A stretch of 44,540 nt of DNA from Methylococcales bacterium (GCA_050740335.1 JBOICY010000486.1:1-44540); one strand, 5' to 3'; positions 1 through 9,869 are shown, counted from the stretch's first letter. The notes: a model not told the origin generated them from the letters alone. Program-made: numbers and translations.

Positions 1-249
1 GGAACCCTGATGGTGGTCAATACGGTCGGGCATTTGGCGGAAGCCGCGTTTCACCATCCCGATCTGACCGTATCCTATGCATTCGTGATCGTCAAACTGA
101 TGAATCACGCCGCAAAAGGAATCACCAATAAGGATTTCGAACTGGCTCGTAAAATCGAAGAGGTCATCATGTGGCAACCGGCGAAAGAAGGCGGTTCCCT
201 CGAGGGAACGCCGGACGACCCGCGCTTCAAGTACATTAAGTACGATTAA
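1..249 (+). CDS. phhB: pterin-4a-carbinolamine dehydratase (PCD/DCoH family), N-terminus outside window
   Basis: Frame is open from base 1 to TAA 247-249. HLAEAAFHHPDLTVSY matches the HHP(D/E) core of PCD proteins. Confidence 0.7.
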   Translation, partial: GTLMVVNTVGHLAEAAFHHPDLTVSYAFVIVKLMNHAAKGITNKDFELARKIEEVIMWQPAKEGGSLEGTPDDPRFKYIKYD

Positions 250-630
250 GACATCGGCCCCGTTTCGAAACGCCGGACATCATCGTATCTCTGGATACGC
301 CACATCTAGTCGTCCTCGGCTTAACGCTGACTATAGCGGCGATTTTTTTCGCCGCCAGAACCAGCCGCAGCAGCTTGGATGTATGGCTGCGTTTCGGGTT
401 GTTTCAACTATTATTGACTGCGGCGGCACTCGCTGGCTGGCTGCTGTATTTGAGTCTGGCGCGCGTGATCGAGGATGCATTGCAGGAATCATTGTCCAAA
501 CCGGAAATCGTCGACGCAAAACAGAAAAAGGTTTCTAACCCTTGTTTCTGAACCCCAATCTATCAGGTTTTGACGCAAGGCATGGATTTCGCTATGTTCG
601 GAAGGACTTTCCTGGAGGATCTACCAGCCT

Positions 631-978
631 ATGACCGCTATTGCCTTCGATACCTTGAAATTCGCCAAACGCCTTAAAGAGGCCGGATTCACCGAGCAGC
701 AGGCCGAGACCCTGGCCGCCGCCGAGGCGGAACTCATTGAAAACAACCTTGCAACCAAGCGGGATCTAAAGGAACTTGAAGTGGCGCTGAAACGGGATGT
801 CAAGGAACTTGAAGTGACACTGAAACGGGATATCAAGGAACTCGAGGTCAAGATCGAACAAAATCACTCGGATCTTGTCCGCGATATGAAAGACCTCGAA
901 TACCGTATGACCATCAAACTGGGGGCGATGCTTGTCGTGGCGGTGGGAGTTACGGGGGTTTTGGTGAAGATCCTATAA
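631..978 (+). CDS. DUF1640-family coiled-coil protein with C-terminal membrane anchor
   Basis: 115-aa ORF. The N-terminal MTAIAFDTLKFAKRLKEAGFTEQQAE is typical of DUF1640/CCDC90-like proteins as I remember them. Charged heptad-rich middle and a hydrophobic tail, LGAMLVVAVGVTGVLVKIL. Confidence 0.6.
   Translation: MTAIAFDTLKFAKRLKEAGFTEQQAETLAAAEAELIENNLATKRDLKELEVALKRDVKELEVTLKRDIKELEVKIEQNHSDLVRDMKDLEYRMTIKLGAMLVVAVGVTGVLVKIL
757..855 (+). repeat. three in-frame tandem copies of a 33-bp unit (KRDxKELEVxL) inside the DUF1640 gene
   Basis: Units at 757-789, 790-822 and 823-855 read aagcgggatctaaaggaacttgaagtggcgctg / aaacgggatgtcaaggaacttgaagtgacactg / aaacgggatatcaaggaactcgaggtcaagatc. Confidence 0.85.
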
Positions 979-1186
979 GGTCGAGGTTGCGTTCCGTTTT
1001 GCTACCCAGTTTTCCATTATAATCATTATAATGAAGAGAGTCCTAACTTGACATAGATAACGACAAAAAAGACCTCAGCAAAACCAATAGCCGCTGCCGC
1101 CAAAAACGTCCACGATCTATATCAGGTTAGGACTCTCCCTGTATTAATAGCGATTATTCCAGATAATCAGAGCAAGAAACCTTTTC

Positions 1187-2659
1187 ATGGATACCTTTGT
1201 GCAGCCGGTAATCTTGTCGGGCGGATCAGGAACCCGCCTGTGGCCGCTTTCGCGTGGCTCCTATCCCAAACAATTCCTGTCCTGGCATGGATCGGACTCA
1301 TTGCTCGCGGCTACCATACGCCGATTCCGCGAAGCGGGAAGTTCGAGTTCCGAAATACGAATTTTGCCACCCCGAGTCATCTGCAACGAAGCGCACCGGT
1401 TTCTGGTCGCGGAGCAACTGCATCTCCTCGGATTCGGTCAGGCATCCATTGTTCTCGAACCTTTCGGCAGAAACACCGCCCCGGCCCTTACGCTGGCCGC
1501 GTTGATGGCACTGGGTGGCGATCAGGATCCGGTTCTCGTGGTCTTGCCGTCCGACCACCTGATCCAGGATGAAACCCGCTTCAGGGATCTGGTCTTGCAC
1601 GGTGCGGAATTGGCCCGCGAAGGCCGCGTAATTACATTCGGTATCGTCCCTAGCCATGCAGAAACCGGATTCGGCTATATCCGGAAAGGTCCGACCATAG
1701 ACGCCGTAACCGCCGAACTCGCTCAATTCATCGAAAAACCCGATCCGGAAAAAGCCGAAGAATTGATCCGCGCCGGAAACGTTCTCTGGAATAGCGGCAT
1801 ATTCCTGATGAAAGCATCGGTCTGGATCCACGAGGTCCAGAAACACTGCCCGGCCATCCTGGGCCATTGCGAGGAATCGCTTGCCAAAGGCCGGCGCGAC
1901 GGGTTCTTTTTCCGGATCGACCCTAGTGCCTTCGAGGACTGTCCGAATATTTCGATCGACCATGCGGTCATGGAGAAAATCGTCGCATCGAAAAACGAAC
2001 CCTTAGCCTGCGTGATTGCGATGGATGTCGGCTGGTTGGACCTCGGCTCGTGGTCGGCGATCCGTGAAGTCAAGGCACGGGACGAGCACGGCAATGTCAC
2101 GCAGGGCGATGTGTTCGCGAAAGATACCCGAAATTCCCTGCTCTATGCGCAGACACGCTTGCTCGCAACCCTCGGAGTGGAAGACCTGATCGTCGTCGAA
2201 ACCAAGGACGCGGTGCTCGTCGCACATAAGAACAGTGCTCAGGACATCAAATCGGTGACCGATTATCTGAAAAATGAAAAACGTCCCGAGCATGAGTTTC
2301 ACCAGCAAGTCCACCGGCCCTGGGGCAACTATGAATCCATAGACAAGGGACCCCGTTACCAGGTCAAGCGACTGACCGTTAAACCCGGTGCGTCGTTATC
2401 CTTGCAGATGCATCATCATCGGGCCGAGCATTGGATCGTCGTGAGCGGAACCGCGCGCGTCACGCGCGGCGAGGAAACCTTTCTCCTGAGCGAAAACCAA
2501 TCGACCTACATTCCTCTCGGGGTCACGCACCGGCTGGAAAACCCGGGAACCCTGACGCTCGAAATGATCGAAGTCCAATCCGGCAGCTACCTCGGCGAAG
2601 ATGACATTGTCCGCTTCGAAGATCGCTATAATCGCGTAGAATCCCCCGCCAAAAACTAA
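1187..2659 (+). CDS. manC: mannose-1-phosphate guanylyltransferase / mannose-6-phosphate isomerase (bifunctional, type II PMI)
   Basis: 490-aa ORF. N-terminal [16 protein letters not shown] nucleotidyltransferase motif. C-terminal cupin with [19 protein letters not shown] ... ENPG. Confidence 0.9.
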   Translation: MDTFVQPVILSGGSGTRLWPLSRGSYPKQFLSWHGSDSLLAATIRRFREAGSSSSEIRILPPRVICNEAHRFLVAEQLHLLGFGQASIVLEPFGRNTAPALTLAALMALGGDQDPVLVVLPSDHLIQDETRFRDLVLHGAELAREGRVITFGIVPSHAETGFGYIRKGPTIDAVTAELAQFIEKPDPEKAEELIRAGNVLWNSGIFLMKASVWIHEVQKHCPAILGHCEESLAKGRRDGFFFRIDPSAFEDCPNISIDHAVMEKIVASKNEPLACVIAMDVGWLDLGSWSAIREVKARDEHGNVTQGDVFAKDTRNSLLYAQTRLLATLGVEDLIVVETKDAVLVAHKNSAQDIKSVTDYLKNEKRPEHEFHQQVHRPWGNYESIDKGPRYQVKRLTVKPGASLSLQMHHHRAEHWIVVSGTARVTRGEETFLLSENQSTYIPLGVTHRLENPGTLTLEMIEVQSGSYLGEDDIVRFEDRYNRVESPAKN

Positions 2660-2675
2660 CCACTTTCCAGGAATC

Positions 2676-3767
2676 ATGGCCTTACACTGCGGTATCGTAG
2701 GCTTGCCGAATGTCGGCAAGTCGACCATCTTCAATGCGCTGACCAAAGCAAGCATCGCGGCGGAAAACTACCCGTTCTGCACCATCGATCCAAATGTCGG
2801 CGTGGTTCCGCTGCCCGATTCGAGACTGGACAATCTTGCCGGTATCGTCCATCCGAAACGAATCGTTCCGGCCGCCGTCGAGTTCGTCGACATCGCCGGG
2901 CTGGTGGCTGGCGCATCGAAAGGGGAAGGGCTTGGAAACCAGTTTCTCGCGCATATCCGCGAAACCGACGCCATCGCTCACGTGGTGCGCTGCTTCGTGG
3001 ATGAAAACGTCATTCATGTAGCCGGAAAAATCCAACCGCTCGAAGACATCGAGGTGATCAACACCGAACTGTTGCTGGCTGATTTGGAGACGGCTGAAAA
3101 GGCTCTTTTTCGGGCCGCCAAGGGCTCCAAATCCGGAAACAAGGACGCACTGATTAAAAAACAACTGCTGGAAAAGCTTGCGGCGCACCTGGATTCCGGG
3201 CATCCTGCGCGTTCGCTGTCCGCCAACGACGAGGAACGCAAGGTGCTCGGCGAGCTGCATCTTTTAACCCTGAAGCCGACCCTGTATCTGGCCAATGTGC
3301 TTTATGACGGATTCGACGGCAATCCGCTTCTGGAAGACGTCAAAAGGCGGGCCGGCGACGAAGGCACCGAGGTGGTTTCGCTTTGCGCGGCGTTGGAGGC
3401 GGAAATCGCCGAGCTCGACGATGCGGAAAAGTCCGAATTTCTAGCCGATGTAAATCTCGAAGAACCCGGGCTCGATCGTGTCGTTCGGGCCGCCTACAAA
3501 CTTCTGAACTTGAGGACCTATTTCACCGCCGGTCCGCAGGAAGTCCGCGCCTGGACGATCCCGGCCGGCGCGACGGCGCCAGAAGCGGCCGGTGTGATCC
3601 ACACCGATTTCCAGAGAGGCTTCATCCGCGCGGAAATCATATCCTACCGGGACTATATCGAACTCAAGGGCGAACAGGGCGCGAAGGACGCCGGTAAATG
3701 GCGATTGGAAGGTAAGGACTACGTAATACAGGACGGCGATGTCGCGCATTTTCGATTTAACAACTAG
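2676..3767 (+). CDS. ychF: redox-regulated ribosome-binding ATPase YchF
   Basis: 363 aa. [19 protein letters not shown]-loop, [22 protein letters not shown], and a C-terminal TGS-like [12 protein letters not shown]. Confidence 0.95.
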   Translation: MALHCGIVGLPNVGKSTIFNALTKASIAAENYPFCTIDPNVGVVPLPDSRLDNLAGIVHPKRIVPAAVEFVDIAGLVAGASKGEGLGNQFLAHIRETDAIAHVVRCFVDENVIHVAGKIQPLEDIEVINTELLLADLETAEKALFRAAKGSKSGNKDALIKKQLLEKLAAHLDSGHPARSLSANDEERKVLGELHLLTLKPTLYLANVLYDGFDGNPLLEDVKRRAGDEGTEVVSLCAALEAEIAELDDAEKSEFLADVNLEEPGLDRVVRAAYKLLNLRTYFTAGPQEVRAWTIPAGATAPEAAGVIHTDFQRGFIRAEIISYRDYIELKGEQGAKDAGKWRLEGKDYVIQDGDVAHFRFNN

Positions 3768-3795
3768 TAGGCAGTCAACATGAATGGCATGGGTC

Positions 3796-3897
3796 CGTCA
3801 TTCCGGCAGGAATTGCCGAAATCCAGTGCCTAAGGACGGAAACCGAGTCGATCACATCCTTGTGTTCTGAACCCCTGCAATCCCTGCCGGGGTGACG
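3796..3897. repeat. about 100-bp MITE/REP-like element bounded by 21-bp imperfect inverted repeats
   Basis: cgtcattccggcaggaattgc (3796-3816) versus the reverse complement of gcaatccctgccggggtgacg (3877-3897). 18 of 21 positions match. It lies in the ychF/prx intergenic region. Confidence 0.5.
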
Positions 3898-4189
3898 AGT
3901 CACTTCGATTTAACATGACTGACTACAAGGCGGTAGACGTAATTGGTTCGGGAATTATAGTTTCCCTGTAGTTTTTTGGCTTGGAAAGGATATAATCCTG
4001 GCGCAAAGAAACACTGAATTTTCCCGGATGCGGCGGGTCTATTTTTAGGGTTCTGCGGACCAACTTCCACCCTTAGGATGGTGTCATTCCATCCGACATC
4101 CGACGCCCCGTTTTGGAACCGGAGAACCCTACAGACGGTTTTGGATTTTTCCGCGTACCTATACTTTAAATAGAATGAGGAGGGATAAA

Positions 4190-4852
4190 ATGTCACTGCG
4201 AATTAATGATGTAGCTCCCGATTTTACCGCCAACACGACGATGGGCGCGATCCGCTTTCATGAATGGATCGGCGACAGTTGGACGATTTTATTTTCCCAT
4301 CCCAAGGACTTCACGCCGGTATGTACCACCGAACTCGGATATATGGCCGGGCTGGAGTCCGAATTCGCCAAACGTAATTGCAAAATCATCGGCTTGAGCG
4401 TGGACCCAATCGATAGCCATTCGGGATGGCTCAAAGATATCGAGGAAACCCAGGGAAACGCGGTCAGGTACCCCTTGATCGCCGACACCGATCTGGCCGT
4501 CGCGAAACTCTACAATATGTTGCCGGCCGAAGAACCGGGCACATCCGAGGGCCGGACCGCCGCGACCAATGCCACCGTGCGTTCGGTATTCATCGTCGGG
4601 CCCGATAAAAAAATAAAACTGATGTTGACTTATCCGATGACAACCGGCCGGAATTTCGACGAAATTCTGCGCGTTCTCGATTCGATGCAATTGACGGCGA
4701 AACACAAGGTAGCGACCCCGGTCAATTGGCAAAACGGCGAAGATGTGATTATCGTACCCGCGGTTTCGGATAGCGAGGCCAAGGAGATGTTTCCTGAAGG
4801 CTGGCAGACCATTAAACCTTATTTGCGAAAAGTCAAACAACCGAGCGCGTGA
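4190..4852 (+). CDS. 1-Cys peroxiredoxin (Prx6 subfamily)
   Basis: MSLRINDVAPDF ... LFSHPKDFTPVCTTELG carries the peroxidatic Cys motif. GAGGAGGG sits about 6 nt upstream of ATG 4190. The longest ORF starts at 4175. Confidence 0.9.
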   Translation: MSLRINDVAPDFTANTTMGAIRFHEWIGDSWTILFSHPKDFTPVCTTELGYMAGLESEFAKRNCKIIGLSVDPIDSHSGWLKDIEETQGNAVRYPLIADTDLAVAKLYNMLPAEEPGTSEGRTAATNATVRSVFIVGPDKKIKLMLTYPMTTGRNFDEILRVLDSMQLTAKHKVATPVNWQNGEDVIIVPAVSDSEAKEMFPEGWQTIKPYLRKVKQPSA

Positions 4853-4865
4853 TCATCGCCGCGGG

Positions 4866-4899
4866 TCTCTGAACGAACCCATCAGGGTTTGTTCAGAGA
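4866..4899 (+). terminator. strong 15-bp stem / 4-nt loop hairpin downstream of the peroxiredoxin gene
   Basis: tctctgaacgaaccc-atca-gggtttgttcagaga; every position pairs, including one G-U. No U-tract follows, so it could equally be a REP-type element. Confidence 0.4.
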
Positions 4900-5074
4900 T
4901 CCAGGCCGGAAACCTTCACGTTCCGGCCCATGGTTTTCGGAGACAATAAAAAACACTCTTCCTTGAAAATTCGCGCGTTATTCAGACCCATCTCCTGACC
5001 AAAGACCGGGCTGCCGGAGAGCATCTGAAGATATCCTGACACCGAGCCGGATATCAAACCGGCCGGCCAGGGCT

Positions 5075-6106
5075 GTGCCAGAATCGCGCGATAAAATGCC
5101 ATCTTCCAGCATGAATCCCGTACCACTCATTCAGAAATTTAAAGTTCTGGGCAGTTTGACCATTCTTGCCGTCTATTTCCTGATCCTGGTCGGCGGTATT
5201 GTGCGTGCCTCGGGCGCCGGCTTGGGCTGCCCGGACTGGCCGACCTGTTTCGGTCGCTGGATGCCACCAACCTCTGTGTTCGAGCTTCCTCAGGACTACC
5301 AGAAAATTTATGCCGGCTTGGGTGTTGCCAATACCCGCTTCAATGTTACCAAAACCTGGACCGAATATCTGAATCGACTCACCGGGGCCGGCATCGGTTT
5401 TCTGATCTTTTTGACAATGGTTTTCTCGTGGTCCTTCCGAAAAACCGATCCACCGGTGTTTTATCTATCGCTTGGTACATTTTTTCTGGTCGGTTTCCAG
5501 GGATGGCTCGGTGCCGTCGTGGTGGCCAGCCGGCTCCACCCCGGAATGATCACTGTGCACATGATGGTCGCGCTCGTGATCGTCGCGCTTTTAATCTATG
5601 TGATTATCCGCTCTCAGGTCAGCGTCCTCAAACAAAGCGATCCGATTAATCTTCACCCACACTTCAGACCGGTGCTGCTAACCGCCATGGCGATGACCCT
5701 GTTGCAGGTTATAATGGGCACGCAGGTGCGTGAATCCGTGGATACGATCGCGGCGGCCTATCAACTCGAAAACCGCCACCTGTGGAGAAGCCATTTCCCG
5801 GCGATCTTTTACGTCCACAGATCCTTCTCCGCTCTCATCCTGTTCACAAACGCTTGGTTGATCTGGCAGTTGGTGCGGAAAGCGGAAACCCAAATCTACC
5901 TGTTTCGCTGCGGGATTGCGCTCGGGTTGTTCATCGCGACGGGAATCCTGGCCGGGATTACGATGGATCGACTGGACATACCCGCGGTCGCCCAGCCGGT
6001 TCATTTATTGATGGCGACTCTGGTGTTCGGAATGCAGTTTTTTATCTATCTTTCGCTGTCCTACTCGAGTCTCGGACACAACGTTGTCGCTTCCCGAGCC
6101 CCTTAG
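5075..6106 (+). CDS. ctaA: heme A synthase (COX15/CtaA family)
   Basis: Polytopic membrane ORF with GGIVRASGAGLGCPDWPTCFG near the N-terminus. Start is uncertain: GTG 5075, ATG 5096 or ATG 5111. Confidence 0.8.
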   Translation: MPESRDKMPSSSMNPVPLIQKFKVLGSLTILAVYFLILVGGIVRASGAGLGCPDWPTCFGRWMPPTSVFELPQDYQKIYAGLGVANTRFNVTKTWTEYLNRLTGAGIGFLIFLTMVFSWSFRKTDPPVFYLSLGTFFLVGFQGWLGAVVVASRLHPGMITVHMMVALVIVALLIYVIIRSQVSVLKQSDPINLHPHFRPVLLTAMAMTLLQVIMGTQVRESVDTIAAAYQLENRHLWRSHFPAIFYVHRSFSALILFTNAWLIWQLVRKAETQIYLFRCGIALGLFIATGILAGITMDRLDIPAVAQPVHLLMATLVFGMQFFIYLSLSYSSLGHNVVASRAP

Positions 6107-7014
6107 GGCTCACAGTTGCCGTGGTTGACAACATTCAGTTCCGCGGTCGCGAAACCCGACTCAAGCAATTTTCCTTGTAACTCACCCTCCACCGCCAGCC
6201 ATGGGAACAACAGGAAATACGCGGCTTTTTTTGACAATTTTGCTTGGACCTGCGCCTCAATCTGTTTCGCTTCGAGTTCGTTCCGCAGGATTTCGGCCCG
6301 TTCGCGGGTCTTGAAAAATCCCAGGGAAATACTTCCGCGCAGCATTCCGTCATGGATCATCCAAACATCCCGAAGGCCTTGGTCATTCAACTTTTTGACA
6401 TTGGCCTTTGAGGCTTCAAACGATTCCGCTGCCGGATACAGGACCATGAAACCAGTCTCGACGTCGACACGTTCCGCCTTGACCGAGGGTGTCAGTCCGG
6501 ATCGTCTGAAGTCCGCGGCGATCCGCGAAAAGCTAGCCACGGACGATCTCGGTCCCAGTTTGTAGCAGAGTTTTTCGGATGCGGCCAAGGCCGCCGGCGT
6601 CTCACCAGCCTGTACGATAGAATTCGAATCAGGTGTTTCTTGGAGGCCGATCAGGGGTCCATTCTGGTAACGATTGATTTGCCTGATTGCCTCGGACTCG
6701 ATCAAGTCTTCAACCAGACGGGTCGACTGCTGCTCGATGGATTCGAACAAGCCTTGATTAACGGATTCGAAAATCTCAGGCTCCTGGTTGTTGCGGGGTC
6801 GGTAGAACTTCTGCGGCCCGTCCTGATTAGTGACCAACTCGGGTGGGGTTTTTGCTACCGGGCGTTCTCCGACCAGAATAATCCTGTCGATCGACGGGTC
6901 TTCAGTTCGCCGTAGCGCTTCGTCGCTCATCAAACCGGAACGCTCCCGACCAGAGTATTCCCAAACGAAAAGAACAATATTCAGAGATACCAAAATAAAA
7001 AAGATAAACTTCAC
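6103..7014 (-). CDS. SPOR-domain membrane-anchored protein
   Basis: N-terminal TM segment MKFIFFILVSLNIVLFVW, an acidic linker, then a C-terminal region of about 75 aa (CYKLGP...GFMVLYP...ISLGFFKTRERAE) that looks like SPOR. The position downstream of birA-coaX is the usual synteny. Confidence 0.6.
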   Translation of the reverse strand: MKFIFFILVSLNIVLFVWEYSGRERSGLMSDEALRRTEDPSIDRIILVGERPVAKTPPELVTNQDGPQKFYRPRNNQEPEIFESVNQGLFESIEQQSTRLVEDLIESEAIRQINRYQNGPLIGLQETPDSNSIVQAGETPAALAASEKLCYKLGPRSSVASFSRIAADFRRSGLTPSVKAERVDVETGFMVLYPAAESFEASKANVKKLNDQGLRDVWMIHDGMLRGSISLGFFKTRERAEILRNELEAKQIEAQVQAKLSKKAAYFLLFPWLAVEGELQGKLLESGFATAELNVVNHGNCEP

Positions 7015-7114
7015 GCTCGGATCCGATGACTTATGCGAGAATCCGGTGCAAACAGGCCCTTCCGGGGTTCTCTTCCGGAGTATGCTTCCGAGTGAAATCG
7101 AGTACGACGAGCAT

Positions 7115-7894
7115 TCAGTCCTTGGCCGCGGCGGATTCGCCGCTTGACTCGATCACCGCCAAACCTTGCAACACCAGATCCGGAATATGCGTGTACTCAA
7201 CCCGGAGTCTCTGCATAACAAGCTCCGCATCCCCGCCGGTAATCAGGAGCTTCAGTTTGATGTTAAGGGACTGTTCCGCCTCTTCGAGCAATTTTTCGAT
7301 CAACCCAGCTGCCGCGGTCAAGGTGCCTCTGTAAATACCGGACCCGGTATCGAGTCCGAGCAACCCGCCGGGAGCCACTCCTTCAAACGACAGTTTAGGG
7401 GTTCGCCGGATCAGAGCATCCCGCATCAGTTTCACGCCTGGACAGATTACACCGCCCTGATGGCGCCCAAGGTCATCGAGAACATCCGCGGTAATCGCTG
7501 TTCCACAATCCACTACGCAGACCGGAGCCTTGAACATCGCGCGAGCCGCGACAATAACGACCCACCGGTCCACACCGAGCCGCTCGGGATTGCGGTAGCC
7601 ATTCTCGATTCCGTAGCCCTTGCCGCAAGAATGAATAAACTCGACGGACACCGGCCATTGAGCTTGTATCCATTGCCGGAGTATCCGATCGGTCCCTTCG
7701 CCTGAAACATTTGAAACCAGAATCCTTGCGGGCGGCTCAAGATCTTTCCAGATCCGGTCGAAATCGAACTCTCCGTTGAGAGGCAGTAATGGCCTTCCGA
7801 CCTCGAGTCGATCACGGCGCTTGATTGCCCACTTTAATCTTGAATTCCCGATATCAATCAAGAGAGAAGACACGATTAGGAAACCTTTAGCCAA
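7115..7894 (-). CDS. coaX: type III pantothenate kinase
   Basis: LLIDIGNSRLKWA N-terminal ASKHA motif, then VVDCGTAITADV and ITGGDA. The start could instead be GTG 7873. Confidence 0.9.
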   Translation of the reverse strand: MAKGFLIVSSLLIDIGNSRLKWAIKRRDRLEVGRPLLPLNGEFDFDRIWKDLEPPARILVSNVSGEGTDRILRQWIQAQWPVSVEFIHSCGKGYGIENGYRNPERLGVDRWVVIVAARAMFKAPVCVVDCGTAITADVLDDLGRHQGGVICPGVKLMRDALIRRTPKLSFEGVAPGGLLGLDTGSGIYRGTLTAAAGLIEKLLEEAEQSLNIKLKLLITGGDAELVMQRLRVEYTHIPDLVLQGLAVIESSGESAAAKD

Positions 7895-8013
7895 TAGAAA
7901 TTAGATTTTCGACATCAGATTGTTCCGGAGCGTTTGAACCCGGTCCGAGCCGTTACCAGATCATATACCCCGTGGAACCTCAATACGCGTCGTGTTGCTC
8001 CAAGCCGGCTTGC

Positions 8014-8856
8014 TCAATCACGTCCGGGATGAAAGCTGACTTCCCCCGAGGCGTAGCTGCGCAATTCACGATTGGACTGATAAAGCTGGATCAGTCCTTC
8101 GGCACTGATACCCGCGACGATGCCCGGAATTTCGCGCCCGGCCATGTGCAGAACTGCATGTTTGCCTTGCATACAATCCAACGCCCTCCATTCAGAAAGA
8201 AATGGCGCCAAACCGGTGTGGTCAAAACCGGCAACCGCAGGCAGAATTTCATTGATCAGCGACGCCACCAGCCGATTGCGGCCGGGCTTCGATCGATCGG
8301 TAGCGGTATCCAGATCGACCCATTCCTGTTCGATCTCAGCCCCCTCGGCCGGACTCATCGCATAATTCAGACCCAATCCGACAACGACGCTGCACGGACC
8401 CTGCACCTCTCCCCACAATTCGATCAGAATTCCACCCAGTTTCTTTCCATTCCACAAAATGTCGTTCGGCCACTTCAAACCCAGGCCGGTAATCCCGAGG
8501 GCGAACAGCGCACGTGCCACGGCAACACCGACCGCGAGACTTAGACCCGAAACACTCGCAGACCCGCCCGGATATTGCCACCCCAACGACAGATAGACAT
8601 TTTTGCCGAAGGGTGAAATCCAGCGTCTTCCGTTGCGTCCCTCACCCGCGGTCTGTGATTCGGCCAGACAGATTGCCCCATTAAATCCCGGTCCGGGTGA
8701 CACGGAACTCAGAAAGTGGTTGGTCGAATCGATTCGATGGTGGATATAAAATGCGCCGACTCGTTCGATCACCTCGTCTTTGAGCGAGGATCGGATTACG
8801 GATTCATCCAGCAATTCCAGCGCTCGTCCCAGCCGGCAATCGCTTGCGCTTTTCAC
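8014..8856 (-). CDS. birA: biotin--[acetyl-CoA-carboxylase] ligase (class I, no obvious N-terminal HTH)
   Basis: QTAGEGRNGRRWISPFG matches the BirA GRGRxGRxWxSP motif. It overlaps the upstream gene by 4 nt. Confidence 0.85.
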   Translation of the reverse strand: MKSASDCRLGRALELLDESVIRSSLKDEVIERVGAFYIHHRIDSTNHFLSSVSPGPGFNGAICLAESQTAGEGRNGRRWISPFGKNVYLSLGWQYPGGSASVSGLSLAVGVAVARALFALGITGLGLKWPNDILWNGKKLGGILIELWGEVQGPCSVVVGLGLNYAMSPAEGAEIEQEWVDLDTATDRSKPGRNRLVASLINEILPAVAGFDHTGLAPFLSEWRALDCMQGKHAVLHMAGREIPGIVAGISAEGLIQLYQSNRELRSYASGEVSFHPGRD

Positions 8857-9467
8857 CAGCTCTTGGCCACAAACCCGTCCGGAGTTTCGAGCACGAATTG
8901 CTCATCATGAATGCCGGCCATGTAGATTCCCTGCGACAAGGCTTCCTGGCGCAGATCGTCCGGCGCGTCGACCACCGCCAGCATGCCGTAGAGCTTTTTA
9001 TCGTTGTGCTCGGGGAAAAAACGTCTGAAGCGACCGAGGATGCTGCGTAACTGTTCGATCCCATCCGGCCGTAGATGGCTTTTCACTTCCACGACATAAG
9101 CTTCGTTACGATCCGAGTTGGCATAGGCAAAAACATCCAGTTCCAAAGTATCCCCGCCTTTTTTGGCCCTCACCCGAGGAGTAATAACTTCCATGCCGAA
9201 TTGCTCGGTCAGGATTTTGCTCATGGACGGAAAGGCCATGCCTTCGGTGAAGCCTCCGAACTTGTCGCCTAAACCTCCGATCTGTTTACCCAGTTCTTTT
9301 AGTTGCCTGCGCAGTTGGCGGTCGGTTTCCTTGAGTTGACGGTCGGTTTCCTGGATGTGGCGGTCGGTTTCCTGGAGGTGGCGGTCGGTTTCCCTAAGCT
9401 GGCGGTCGGTCTCTTTTTGAGAGGCGGCGAGACTGGCTACGAGTTCTTTTAATTCATCATCGGTCAT
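8853..9467 (-). CDS. DUF3782-like protein: N-terminal heptad repeats plus a PD-(D/E)XK-like C-terminal domain
   Basis: 204 aa. Five ETDRxLx heptads. The C-terminal half has ELDVF ... VVEVKS, consistent with a restriction-endonuclease-like fold. Family assignment is from memory. Confidence 0.5.
   Translation of the reverse strand: MTDDELKELVASLAASQKETDRQLRETDRHLQETDRHIQETDRQLKETDRQLRRQLKELGKQIGGLGDKFGGFTEGMAFPSMSKILTEQFGMEVITPRVRAKKGGDTLELDVFAYANSDRNEAYVVEVKSHLRPDGIEQLRSILGRFRRFFPEHNDKKLYGMLAVVDAPDDLRQEALSQGIYMAGIHDEQFVLETPDGFVAKSW
9316..9420 (-). repeat. five tandem 21-bp in-frame repeats (ETDRQLx heptads)
   Basis: Plus-strand units are tggcggtcggtttccttgagt / tgacggtcggtttcctggatg / tggcggtcggtttcctggagg / tggcggtcggtttccctaagc / tggcggtcggtctctttttga. 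Confidence 0.9.
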
Positions 9468-9707
9468 GGTTATGCGTTCTTCGGTAAAGCTGACTTCTGA
9501 ATGTCATTATAACCTGGATTGAAATGTTACGTCCTCTTTGAGAATCGCAAAACCGGGTTAAAAGGACAAAAAGCAGACTGTTCTGAATTTCATCAGATGC
9601 GATCTGAGAGTTCGTTATACAGGATATACCGATCATCATTGATGGCGGCTCTTGTAAGCATTCGGCTTTTTCCGCCGAAGTAAGAGCCATTATTTGATTA
9701 TCAGACC

Positions 9708-9732
9708 AAAAAAGAGGCGATCTCAAATCGCC
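9708..9732 (-). terminator. small intrinsic-terminator-like hairpin with no obvious upstream gene
   Basis: Minus strand reads ggcgat-ttgag-atcgcc followed by tctttttt. It lies in a roughly 400-bp AT-rich spacer. Confidence 0.3.
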
Positions 9733-9869
9733 GGCACAACCTGATCGGATCACTGGGCTATTTCATCACCGCTTAGTGCTCTCGAAAAAAACACAAAGTA
9801 CGATCGTCCGAAGGTCAGCCTTTGCATAATCCGTAGGCGGGGCCGGTTCAGTTTCTTTTTTGAGGTGCC

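Noticed and set aside
282-551. Plus-strand open frame encoding a plausible two-TM small protein (LVVLGLTLTIAAIFFAA ... FGLFQLLLTAAALAGWLLYLSLA ... *551).
   Set aside because: There is no ATG or GTG upstream of the first hydrophobic segment. The only canonical start (TTG 375) removes TM1 and leaves 58 aa. I cannot support it as a gene without homology or expression data. The listed minus ORF 331-519 looks non-coding.
1018-1052. Duplicated cattataat (two TATAAT boxes) and a TTGACA upstream of manC, considered as promoter elements.
   Set aside because: Spacings to any matching -35 or -10 partner are wrong (13 or 22 nt, and no -10 after the TTGACA). I am not confident enough to annotate them.
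3900-4196. 98-aa minus-strand ORF in the ychF/prx intergenic region.
   Set aside because: It spans repeat and hairpin elements and the prx promoter and RBS region. It has no RBS and no family resemblance.
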